Position numbers and translations under genes: made by a program. From Eimeria praecox (taxonomy: Eukaryota): DNA of 64,000 bases. The stretch is from positions 1,922,001-1,986,000 of the forward strand of contig OY986946.1 of the NCBI GenBank assembly GCA_963920595.1, in the 5' to 3' direction. The notes under the pieces were generated by a model. The model had not been told where the DNA came from. It worked only from the letters and a program-made list of their open reading frames with translations, and ran no database searches. Position 1 is the first letter of the stretch. Every line of letters starts with the position of its first letter. This document shows positions 37,801 to 50,100 of the stretch, piece by piece.

Positions 37801-39331
37801 GCATGCGAACTCAACCACTATTCCATATGTTTCCACCATTTTACCTCCTTGGAGGGTTCACGGTATTTGCCGCGAAAAAACATTTGCAGGCATATCTAGC
37901 CTTGACCGTCACTTTTTGAACAGCAGCTTCCTCGCTGAAAAAGTCTACTCGTTATTGCTCTCAGTGGACGGATAAAAGAAGCACCGATTGTTAGATAGAA
38001 CCCCGTCCTGCTGGCGGATATAACATTTCGCATTCGGGTGCACGTGCCACGCAAGGGCCTAAATGACCCAGATATTATGGATTACTGGGGGCTCGAAAAT
38101 TATTTTTTGCCTCCTGCAAAAGTTCTTCGATGACAGTTTGCTCGGTAGGGCTTCCCTAAACTGCATGTCTTCAGTTAAGCTTCCATAAGTTATTTTGGAG
38201 TATTTCTTTTTGTTTACCCTTCAACACACCAGTTGCGCTAAGACTGTTCAAGGCACCGAGGCTATTAAGTTCAAAAAGCTGCGCTCTGGCAATCCCATAA
38301 TACGTAGAAATTTGGGGCTTGGCCGTGAGATACTTATCGCTGATTACAGTGTGCAACCCGTTTGCGGCTGGCGAGAAAGGGAGTCGTAACGGAAGCAATT
38401 GACGCTAAAGCATACAAAATAGATGGTGGCCTTATATATAATCCAGATTGCTCTTGCGCTAATATTATTTTTGCTGTGCTCCTAGTTGTTCATTGTTTGT
38501 TTGCGGGAGCGTCAAACAAAAAAAGATGAACTCTAGTTTCCTTGCATTAACCCGTGAAGGACATGCCAAATTTCGTCGGTCCAACCATCCATACCAGATT
38601 CCCAATAGACCATGTTTCGGGAATTTCGTTATGTTCCAAACCGTTAAAACAGGTTTTTAACGCAGCATGATAAGAGGAAACATGGCTACCTGAGCTTATG
38701 GGTCTTTGGGGAGCCACCCGGTCCCGACCCTTTTCCGTGAATTTTTTAGCCTGCCGAAAAAAAATTTTCAGCCTCTCTTATTCCATAATATGTGCATCAT
38801 ATTGGCAGGCCATAGGGGGCAAGGACATTGGATTCTCTAATACTCTCCAAGGTTTTCTCGAGGTAATCGTATGTACTTCCCATGGCCTTGCAAGTGGCAG
38901 CTCGAGTACACAATATTCTCGACCGTTTCGCCCCAGTCACAAAATAGCCTAAGAGGGATTTCGTTCGTCCTCATCAGTCTTCCGTTTGCTGAAAGAAAAC
39001 CCCGGCTTCCTGGATTCATCGGGTTATATCCTGTGTAGACGCGCAAAACCTGTGCAGCAGCTCATCAATATCAATCTGCTAAGGTCATGTTCCCTCGTAC
39101 CACTCGGAAATGTCTAAGTCGTTCGGTGCGACCTGAAAACGTCCAATATTCGCTTTTTGCTCAATCGTAAAACAAGAGAGTTCAAATGTCTTACAGATAC
39201 CTTACCTGCACAATTCAGACGTCAAGAAGCTTTGATAAGAAGAAGGGAATCTAGTGTAGTCTGGCCGCCGAATATTGTTATCCTAGACAACTATTTTCTA
39301 CGCCGCAGTGAATAGGCCTGTTTCGGCCAAG

Positions 39332-39790
39332 CCTAAATCGAGAATATGGCAGGTATAAAACGCCTCTTTTTAACCGGATCTGGGCACTAGCTTGAAATTT
39401 GAAGATTTTCATACCACGGAATCCCGCAGATTCTGTTTTTCCTTAGTGCTAGTAAAAATCGCGGAATATCTGACCTTGGCTAAAACAATTACAGAGAGTT
39501 GACCATGCCCTCAAAATGAGTATAGCGCATCTTCTGTTTCTTCGGCAAACAAAAGCCTTTTTGTCAATCCTAAATGGAGAATATGACAGCTACAAAACGC
39601 GTTTTTGAGATGATCTAGGGACTAGCTTGAAATTTGGAAATTTTGATACAACGGATTCCCGCTGATTCTCTGTTTCCATCGCGATAGTAAAAATCGCGGA
39701 ATATGTGGCCCCGGCTAAAACCATTAGAGCTGACCATAGCCCACAATCGAGTATAGCGCATCTTCTGTTATTTCGGCGAACAAGCAAAAG
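39332..39790. repeat. Two-copy diverged tandem repeat, period 237 bp
   Basis: Units start at 39332 and 39569 (CCTAAAT(C/G)GAGAATATG). They share the blocks ACTAGCTTGAAATTTG, TAGTAAAAATCGCGGAATAT, GGCTAAAAC and GAGTATAGCGCATCTTCTGTT in colinear order. Confidence 0.9.
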
Positions 39791-41193
39791 ACGATTTTTT
39801 AAAATACAGGAAACGAAAGTGGCTAATTTCGTACCCCCGAATATGCGTTACGCCTCCAGCTTCTTTTTCACTCGATGTGCAAAATAGGATTAGGATAGCA
39901 TCTGGGCCTTTACGTCAACCCCAGGAGGGTATCTGCCCTAAGATCCTGTTGCCTCCAGCCTATCAGCAGATAAACAAGAAAATCGTATTCTTCCCAATCC
40001 TCTCACAATTGCTTTTGAAAAGCACTTTCACTGTCTGGATTAATTCTTTAGTGAGAAATATTGGTTTATGGGCTTTAGCATGCGATCAACATGATAGCTG
40101 TGCCTCCAACGCTGCTTGAAATCGTATTTATTTTTTGATTCTGCTACGCCACATTTTCCAGCATACGAAAGCAGGCAACAAAATAGACAAGCTTCAGGCT
40201 TGCTGTTGCCAACTTAATTTTTTGAGGATACCATGCATCAATTTCGGTTTCACTTCTTTGTAGATGTAGTTTTCGTGCTCCCTCTTCTTCGCAGGAGCTA
40301 CAAGTGAATATTTTCTTTCAGCAACTGTGGGAAAAGTTTCCTTTTAATGCTATTCAGATTTCTTTGCCTCTTTGGCAGCGCTCAAAAAAAAAGCGCCCAC
40401 TGGGCCTTTCTGACAAAATATGGCTAGGCTAATCTAGGTGAACTTGCCGCGCCGATCTTTCCCAAGTGGGAGATTCAGCTTCTTCTTGGAGGGCAAAGAG
40501 TGGGGCTCTATCTCTGAAGAAAATGCCTACTTTGACCGTCATGTCAGTGGCAAAGGATCCGGGAGCACCCAATCTAGGCTGCCTTAACAATGCCATGTTT
40601 CACCAGTTCAAATGAAGTACATACTCATGATTCACTTGGGTAGATATTTTGGCCTCACTCGGTTTGCCCTTAAGAAATATCGTCGCGTAAAACTCGCCAA
40701 TTTTGTCAGGCGCACCAGCAAAAACGTTGATTCTTCAGGAAAAGTCAAAGGCTCGCGAAGCGGGTATTCCAGAGCTCATCTTCACTTCCGTGTATGAACC
40801 CTGTTGGGACCGAGTTGGCGGATGCTTTAATGTTCTCACTGTATGATCGCTCTATTTGCCTCTTAGTCAGGTAAATACCCCCAATTGTAGCTCTTGCCTC
40901 GCTGGGTTGTTCCTGCCCATTCCACGACTAGCAAGCCTGGCACAACCGTCAGGTGCTCCGGTCGTGCCGATCAGCAACCCGTCCTTCCAAACCCCGTAAA
41001 CACTCTGCTTGTTCCGGAGCATACTCATTAACTGCTAGTTCATTTGCTAGTCCCTGCACTCACTGGCATACGATCTGTCTGTTACCCAGCGCTCCCAGGA
41101 GGCTAGAGGACCAGCCTAGCTCTGATGTCCCAATGTTCATACCAAATTCTCCTACTGGCACATAATTAGATATTCCCCTGCACCCTCCTGGCA

Positions 41194-41265
41194 GCTGGCA
41201 TAAACTGGGCTGTCGCAATGGATGGGTAACTACCAATCCATTACGACAGCCCACTTTATGTCAGC
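41194..41265. repeat. 72-bp near-perfect inverted repeat (35-bp arms, 2-nt spacer)
   Basis: Left arm GCTGGCATAAACTGGGCTGTCGCAATGGATGGGTA versus reverse complement of right arm GCTGACATAAAGTGGGCTGTCGTAATGGATTGGTA: 31/35 identical. Confidence 0.9.
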
Positions 41266-41769
41266 GGATATTGACCTGGTCTTCGAGCACTGCTCAGCGA
41301 TGGCCATTATCATAAATCATTCCCTTAACGTAGGCACATGGTAGCTACCATATGAGCAGGGCTCGACAACCAGGAAGGCGCATGCCATACAATTGGTGTT
41401 GCGCCTCCGCACATTAGCTAAAAAGCATGTTATCGCAATTCTAGGCAATCCGGTCAAGCTTCTCATCCCGGGAACGCCTCCCCTGTTGATATTGGCCGAT
41501 CCAAAAACCCTCGCCCATCCCGTATGGTGCTTCTATTGCTCTAGGCTCGCTGAAGACAGAAGAGCAACAAACCCGGTCCCTTGCGCGAGTATCTAGTGTC
41601 AGGCGTTTCCTAGCAACGAGGCAGGCTCAACATAGGTAGACAGATATGTGTCAATCCGTTTGGACGTTTCCTCGCAATTCATTCTCAACGTCTCTCAGTC
41701 GTTGGCCAAAGCCAGGACACGTAGCATGCCAGGAGGGATCAATCGTGCACGGCTCAACTGCACTGGTAC

Positions 41770-43420
41770 CGCTCCCTGAGACCCCCACGCCAGCCCCCCT
41801 ATGGGACTGGCAACTAACACTTTTCTAAAATTCGTTGTTGCTTCCCCTGTAATTCAGCGCTTACTCGATTCAGGATGGGGGGAGAGTCCTCGAAGAATCT
41901 GCCCAGAGGCGGGTGGTCTGTTGCCCACGTGTGCCATTTGAGTGGAGTTGGTTACATCTCGTGAATCCCGAAGCAAGCAGGGTTCTTTGGGGCTCTCTCT
42001 CAAAAGTACACGACCACGGCTGACGGGCTGCGCACATTCTCCCTTTCGGCGTCAAGCAAAGCCTCTACGATTCTGCTTTGTATTGGGGCACTACTCTCCA
42101 CAGCTTCCCGCCATTCGCTCAGCTCCCCCCACCAGCTGCCTTTTAAGCGAACCAAACGCGTTCGGGTGATTGGTGCTTCCGTCGCAGGGATGAGGAACTA
42201 CAGGTGCAGGCCATCTACAGCGTTTCAGGAGTTTGGCGCCAACACCGCTTCACGTGCGGCAATGCCAATACCCTTTCGTGCCCTGTCTCGAGCGCACAGG
42301 GCCGAGCCACTCAGTTTGCCGTTGCCGCCTGTTCTGTTCACAGCTACTCTAGGTTGACCGCATTTACCTGGACGAGGACTCCTATTCTGTAGGAGGGCTG
42401 TGTCACAGATTTGAATCCTCTACCACCTGCGATTCTCGGCTGAGAGCGTTGAAATGAGGTCATGCTCGATAGCGGTCTCCTATGCTACCAAATTGCGAGC
42501 TTCGTACCGTTTCTTATGGAAACTCTAGCCATACACGTGAGCCCCAAGTACTCTCTGCAGCGAAGGGAAAAGTCGCAAGTTGAGCTTCTGCAAGACGGTC
42601 ATCTCCTGATTTCCCGATTAACCCTATTCACCCGCAAAGCCAGTTTGCTTGCCCGTGGAACGCCGCGCAGATTGGTCATCTCATATACCTCTTCTTCGTC
42701 CTACAAAGGTGATCACGAAGCGCGGAACGTCGATACCCTGAGGCACGTGCGATACCGATAAGTACGCCGCGCTTTAGCACATTTGGTGGGGCAGAAGGCC
42801 TATGGAAAATGTATCCAGGGGGCGCATCTTGACCTGTTTGCAGGGTTAGACACTTTTTGCCTTTTTGGCCTTATGTCATTATTTCCTACAATGGTACACC
42901 ATCCACCTGAATCGTCGCGTTGCCGACAAGCGCAGCCGGTACTAAAATGTTCAAAAGTGTCAAGGCAAGCTGCTTTGCTGCCTAACGCAATCTGAGAACG
43001 TTTTCCCTCCGCCCTTCATTTTCAGTGCAGACTGTGTGAACACCCTTTCGTCCGTTGCCCTGAGCCAAGAGCCAACGCAGGGGCGGGATTATCCAGCCTA
43101 TCAGGAGATTACCTTCTCATAGTTGCGCGTATTGAATTTTCTTCGCCACACTATTCACCATTGGGAAGACTCATATTTATCGTCTCCCGTATCGTTGCGA
43201 CAAAGCTCTGTAGTAGTTCTTTACACCCCTTATATCGGCTGCAGCGAGTTCAATGGATTCGTCTAAGCTAATCACATTTCAGCCCTTCTTACACACTCTA
43301 TTGAGCTTAGCTTTTTCGGAGTGTTCATTTTAGAGTGCACTCCCCTCTGTCGCTAAGACGGCCCGTATCCCCTCCTTTGCATTCTGCAGAGGCAGGTCTA
43401 CTATAGAGGAAAGCTGCAAC
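41770..43420 (-). mobile_element. Decayed Ty3/Gypsy (chromovirus-like) LTR retrotransposon relic: gag zinc knuckles and aspartic protease
   Basis: Minus strand, in gag-to-protease order: knuckle relic RCREYLGLTCMARVS (42562-42518); knuckle relic SSQFGSIGDRYRA*P (42501-42457), where each expected C/H codon is one substitution away; protease-like SWWGE...RIVEALLDAERENVRSPSAVV (ALLD at 42062-42051); PVP*GAGVGV downstream. Multiple stops and frameshifts. No LTR or RT motif found. Confidence 0.55.
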
Positions 43421-45276
43421 ATGTCAGCTCTCCGTCTTCTGAGTTGGTGTCTTGAATTTCTTCCCCTTTGGATTGTGCTTCCACTCAATTTCTCAGGCAC
43501 TTGGCAACCACATGTATATGGTTTCTTGCCGCGCTTATTCCCCTTATGGCAGATGAATGGCCGTGCGTCTGCGCATTACCAAGCCGCAGTGACTGGCTGA
43601 CCTAATGGCTCCCAATCATGGAAAAAATGCTACTGATGGCCAGGGCAAGTGATACCGCTACTCTGACAAAGAAGCTCGATTTGGCAGAACAACAATTCTG
43701 AATGAGGTATGGTGAGCGAAGGTACGGCGGCAAAGGCGGCAGCTTTGTTTTTTGCCGTTCCAACGCGCACTGGTTGGGACAGGGGGGTGGGTACACAAGT
43801 TCCCCCATAACATGGGAATAGCAGAATAACAGCTTGAATTACCCGACGATACCACATGGAGTCCGTTTTTGAGATGATACGCATTACCTTGGCACATGGG
43901 ATTCAACTACCAAACAGCGAAGCAGCAGAATATAGCCGTACATTGTCTGGGCACCAGTCCAAAAATCTACCGAGCCACGGTGCGATTTTCTACTCCAGGA
44001 CAGGGGTGCCGCAGCTGCAAAGATATAACAACGGTTGACCTGAATTTCATCGCGAGTAGCTCCAAGTGTGCGCGTGTTTCGCTGAACCAACTGCTTTCGA
44101 ATCCATTCTCAAATGATTGCATTTGACGTTTATAGAGTTCCCTCGATCACGCAGCAGACTGCTCTTTCTGCCTGGAGATATGCCAACTTGAAGATTAGTG
44201 CGGGTGTGTCCATGCGTTGGCACAAATTTGCTCGGTTCTCCCGTCAGCGTCCTGCATGACGCATCCTCAGTCTATCTGGAGCACTACTGCACGCTGATGA
44301 TGTGCTTAACTGTAATCTTCAATCGGCGCAGGGACTCCTCACTCATCGATACCGTAAGTAGTCCGCTGTGGGGTTCCAGCTGAAAAACATTACGCACCAG
44401 CAAATTCTCCTCTTGCGTCAATACAGGGAATACTATGGATAACGACAGCCAATACGCACCAAGGCAGTGGCAAACTTCCCTTTACGCCTCTTTCTGGGGA
44501 TTCAATTCATCAGCGAATCATGCAGGCAACGAACGCTCACGAATAGGAACAGAGTGGGCTGGGTGCAACACATCATCTCAAATATCACCACCTCAAATTG
44601 TATGTAAGATCCAAGCTTTATGCTCACCCATATGTACCCCAAATCGTAGTTGGAAAGCCGTTTCCAGGCATATTTTTATTCTTCGGTGGGCACTATGCGC
44701 CTACGTGGGGCCCGGATCTGCATCCTTAGGGCTCAACATCCGTTCCTTAGGCGAAAAGCTTTCAAATACTGGCGATATCAGCCAGTCAGCCATGATTGCA
44801 TCTTCCTGAGCCATGCGGCTTCCTTAGATTTTGAGTTGGGCGAAGTAGCTCTCGCTTGCTGACCCGCTTCCCCACATAGGGCATTTTTATGCTGTCCTAA
44901 GTATAGCATATCATCGGGTTGCGCTTTGTTGGTGTCGGCGTTACTTTAAGAATGGGCCACGGGGCTGCCCTCCAGATGTGCCCGTGGGTTCACGGGGCTG
45001 GCAACTAGGGAGTCCATCCAGGGTTTCAAGTAGATGGGTTTTCCGATAAGGCCTTCAAACCGCGTGCCTGCTTCACTTGGCGAATGGAAATATCATCATG
45101 TGTACTTGTTTCAACACAAATATCAATTCTACTTTTTTAGGTCTGCAACCCAGTTGAGAGGCGCGCCGGGGATTGTGGCGGGGTGCTTGCTTGGCAGTGA
45201 CCTCCCTAGCCTACGCTTGTGCAAAGCTGCTGAAACCGGCCACGTCTGAACTCCAGGCCTTTTGCACAAGGTTGCA

Positions 45277-47158
45277 ATGATTCTCGAGGGTCCACCGAGA
45301 CCGACCCTGGTAGGCATTAGCCCGTCAGCGTACTCGGTCTTGCACTAGCTTTAAAGGACCTGCCTCAATGCGGGATCTTACAGCAACTATCTTGCAAAGG
45401 CATAGGCAAGAATCCTAGGAGAGACTAGCTGCATCGGGCCTACTTGAGTGTGTAGCAACACAAATACTCGGGTTGGTAAACCTTGTGGGATGCTGACCAC
45501 CGTAGGTTCGATACGGACCCTGTGTCGAAATATCTGCTGACTCTCCTGAGGCAGCGGCAATTCTGTCCGAGGGGAGCAACACAGACTCGAGGGATACACA
45601 AGCAATAATTGACCGCCTCCGCAGGGAGGCTCAAGGCTCAAGAGTGCCTGTTGAGGCAGTTCTCGATGCTCTGTTTCCACCTATCATCTGGCGGGAAGGG
45701 GACCGTCTGTTCGTTCAGGCATGCCCTTGCACCCTGTAGCCCTACAAATGCACTCGAGGCCACGCGCTGAAGAGGTGGAGGTGGGCAACAGGATTCGTGC
45801 TCACCTTCCTGGCTTTCTAAATTCTGCAATTGAGTGCTGTGAATGTTGTCTTCATACTGATCTGCAGCACGTGAGCACAGCAGCTGCAGACCGCGTAGAT
45901 GTTCTGAAAACTCGGGAAGACTTGGACGTACAGCTCTTGGAGAGGCGTGCATCAGAAACTGGAGTTTGTGCATGCCGGTACGACGCCATTCTTCAGTGTT
46001 TCGGTGAGCTGTGCTATATGGCAGCATTTTACAGTGGAAGCGAATTAGAGTAGACTAGAACTGCGGCAGTCAACATTGGTATACCGATCGTTCTCCACAT
46101 GACGCCCACAACCATATGATCTACACCTTGCAACTATTTCCCGAGTTGTCTTACTTTGCCTGTATTAAGAGGTCGTATCAAGAAAACTGGGTGATGCAGG
46201 AATATTTGTGTGATTCAGACGAGCTCATTCGGCAAGTGGCAATTTTATGCCCTGAACGCGCGCTACTTCTTTTGAGGTGTGCCTGCGCCAACTTGTCGTG
46301 ACTGCCCTCGTTGCTTTAGGACGTCTGCCGCATTGAAGCTAGAGACAGAAAGTACTGTGTATTCTACAGAGTCAAGGACGAAATTAAACTCACCATATCC
46401 GCCCTTGACGTGCTCTGCAAAAGCTCAATAAGCTTTTCTGCTCTTAAGCAATTACAAAGCGATGGGAAGGACACAGATGCCACGCAGGAAGAGGCAAGCA
46501 CACTCAGCCGAGATTTACTTCTGGCTTGAATTTATTTTGCATTTGCGGCAAGTGCATGCGCCTAGTGTTTCATCCTTTCCCATCCGTGTAACCGGGCATA
46601 TGGGATGTTCTTGTCTACAGCTCGAGAGTCTAAAAGAAAAAAACGAGGAGCTAAAGGCGACTCTCGCTATAACAAAGAATCAGATTGAAGAACGCAGGGC
46701 GTATGTCATTTCACGCTTGTCCAGTGGTCCGATACAACCACCTCTAACCTTGCTCACACAAATATGCTTGGGCTGATCCCATAAGAAAGAAGAAGATCGG
46801 CCATTTTATATAGCTAAGGAGTATAATGGCAGAGGCAGCGGGTGTACTTGATTGGTGTCTCCTGCAAAGTCACTGCGATAGGGGGCTCGGCTACTTCTTT
46901 GTGTTGGAGCAGGCGGATGACAGAGGAGCTGAATGCGCTGGCAAAGCAGCATGCCAACGAGGTGGGTTATTTTCGTACATATCATTGGTGGCTGTAGATA
47001 ATTTACATTTGTTTACGGCTGTTTGGTGTTATCCTCCTGTGCAGGTAGAAATGATGCGACAGCAGCTGGCTATTCTGGAAACGATTTTCATCAACACCCA
47101 CAATGCCCGCGGGAAGGTGACTACAACTAGCCAGGCGCCTAGCCAGCCACTTTCGTAG
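45277..47158 (+). CDS. DNALI1: Axonemal inner-arm dynein light chain p28 (DNALI1/IDA4)-like, ~268 aa, 8 exons
   Basis: Exons 45277-45309, 45506-45718, 45868-46003, 46219-46276, 46370-46493, 46621-46700, 46913-46961, 47045-47158 (807 nt). The spliced product LFPPIIWREGDRLFVQHVSTAAADRVDVLKTREDLDVQLLERRASETGVCACRYDAILQCFDELIRQVAILCPERALLLLRVKDEIKLTI follows the p28 consensus, then a coiled coil. Two introns have GC donors. Last exon boundary is less certain. Confidence 0.88.
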
Positions 47159-50100
47159 CTAGGAAAATGCCTTGCCTGTTGCCCTCGATGATATCTTTTC
47201 GCTGATGGGTTTACGCCGCGGGACTATTGAGATTTTTCTTAGTCCATTTCCCGACATGCTAGCTCGTTTTTATGCACGACACTTTGGGCTCGCCAATCTC
47301 CTTCACCTGCTGAGACAGTGTCAGGGATGTCTGCAGCTGGTGGCCTGGGCAGAGAAACTCTTTCCTGCGATTCTGAATTGCTGAGTTGTTGTACGGGCAG
47401 TGCGACAGTTGACACTATACAATGGTTGCTGGTTTAGCATCAATATGGCAGCCAGCTCATTATGGTTACTCAGTAAAATTCTCATCTTCCAGTCCAGAAA
47501 AAAGTACGCACTGAACAACAATTGCCCCGTGGGAAGAATTGTGAGAAAAGCCTGATTGGTGACTCGATTGAATTTGTTCTTGGCCGGCAAGCCCTGGCGG
47601 TTTTCAATTTAAGCTCCAATTGTAGAGGGGAAGCACTAGGCAACTCTTAAGCGTTTCCTTGTCTTGAATGGCCTAACAGGGTTAGCGATCACCCCATACA
47701 GCCTGAAGAAGCTTTTTACGGGACAACGCCCGCAACTGGCTGCCCACTCAGTGTGAAGGTACAGCATAACCTTTGCAACAGTAGGAGAAGCATATGGGTC
47801 CATGCTCTGCGTAAGTAGCCTTAAAAATAAAAATCCATGAGGAAGGCTGGTTGCAGTCCGCGGGGAAAATCGATCTGCATTTGAAGGAGGCAGACTACCG
47901 AATGATCCACCGCCTCTAAAATAGTGCGATTTCCTACCCGCTCCCGCCGAAAGTTGGCGGCAAGCCTGAACTTCCCGTTCACCAAGAGTTGTAATAAGGA
48001 ATCTAATTCATTCTGCAGCAGGCAGATTCTAAGAAGGCGTACATACTAATGCTCGATACCAGAAATACAGGCTAGTTCAGTGTTTTAGAGAGTACGTGGA
48101 GGGATTCCAGAAGACACTGTGGGGCTACTGCTCCTGTGGGCAAAGACTGCTCTTCTGCTCAGCAAAGTATTGCGCAGCTGGCTCCCTCTGCAGCTGCAGA
48201 CCCGTAGGAAAACCAAACACACAACGCCATAGAACTGTTAATGGCGCCTTGTGCCCTCTCCACCTGACCTCGGCGCCCACGTGTAGGCAATACAGGAACT
48301 TCGGATGGGCATTGGGGGCGAGGAGTGAGGGACTGTTCTTTGCGCTGGATTTGGAGGTCTCATCTTACGATCCTGGCTCGTCCTATGCTTCCACTGCACG
48401 GGTGGGGAAGTGATGCAGAGATAATATTCCTTTGAATGGGGAGGCGGTGCTTCCAGAACGGGCAGGAAACGCGTGCTTCTTCTACAGGGAGTGAGCGTTG
48501 CAGAGGTGCAGTACGCATCAACAACTTTCATCAGGGCAGCGGCTTGACAAAAACCTGTTCTCCTCTCGCAGTAGGGCAGCCATGTTCAACAGTTCTTTAT
48601 ACATTCCTACTCCGGGTGCGCCATGTGATTAAACATGGGCAGGACCTGAGTAGGTGTTTTGTCGCTTTCGTTCCCGTGAGCACCAAGACGATTTGTTCCT
48701 GCAGCTCATTGTTCGTCTTCTAGCATCATATCCTCATGACTCTTCTCTGAGCACATGACGTGATTGTTTTACTGTAAGTTGGACGAATAAAGAAAAAGGC
48801 AGTCCTATTCGTGGAGTTTGGGAGTATGGTAAAAGTCCCTAATAGCTTCCCTGAAAAGTGAAGCATTACATTTGGCATTGGTCTTGCCCCCTAAGTGCCT
48901 TAACTTCTGCTCTAAGTATGCGTACCCATATTCATCTCCAGAAACGGGGAGGCTCAATCGCCATATGGCGTGCCTTCTCTCTATCAAATAACCAGTAAGC
49001 AAAGACAGGGGCAGACGCCACTCATTCGCATACTGGAGGCACCAAGCGCAGGCAGTGGCAAGCTGCTGCTTCTGTAACCATCATACTTCTTGAACTGCTC
49101 ACCAGTTGTGATGCAGATTATCGGTGGCAGTGGACCCAGTCGTCAACGTTACTTGGCCTTATCTTGCACTAGAATAAGCATCGGGCCTGCTGGAACTCTT
49201 CCAGCCTCCTCGGTACATCTATTTTAATGCGCTTTCCACATATTACGGAAGCCTTTCCTGCGTTGCCATTCTTACAATATGCTCATTTCAATCGTGGAGT
49301 AGATGTAGTAACGGCCGGATGAAGATAGAACCAGACGGAGAGCAGTTGCAGCTTGTGGGAGTTGTGTACCGCGGCTATAGTGCCCAGAAAGGAGAACGGA
49401 GCACAATGCTTTCGCGCATCGCGTCTGTCTTGAAGCTATCCCCTTGTTCGTGAGTGGATGTTCTTGCCCGTAAATGTTTTTGCGCGTAGTCTAGCAGATC
49501 TATATTCGTTGGAACAAATACAGGAAGAGGCTGCGCACTAGCGATTATGTATCAGTTTCTCAAGACTGACAGGGCCTGTTGGCGCGCATCACCATCGGAC
49601 TACAGTCCGATGGTGATGCGCGCCAACAGCCCCTGGTTCTCCAAGCTTTCCCGCGCCCTCCTGACAATCGTTTAGGCTCTATGGCTTGTTGCAGAAGGGC
49701 TGCCAGCAATAAGTTCCGTACGATTCCACCGTTGCGTCCGACGCAGGCATCTAATGCTTTTGGTCCCTAATACGCCTCAAAATGGTGCGTTAATGAGGCC
49801 AAAGGTGTCTCATTGAGTGTATTACCATCGCTTTTTAAGAGAGCGGTAGGAAGGGGTTGGATGCCTCATCGGGACAGCCCAAGGACCTACAGCAGCCCAC
49901 TGGTTAGTCTGAATGAAGCCTTCGATGAAAAAGGCAGCCTTCCATTAACCATTCCAAAATCTGTTGGATTCTTGGAATATGCTATGTTTCCCCTGAAACA
50001 TGATGGGTGTTCATCAGGAGCTGCTCTTAGAAAGAAAGGTATTCGGCGACTACGGTGCTCACCTGAACGCTGAACGGAATCTCAGTTAAAGAGATCTACC

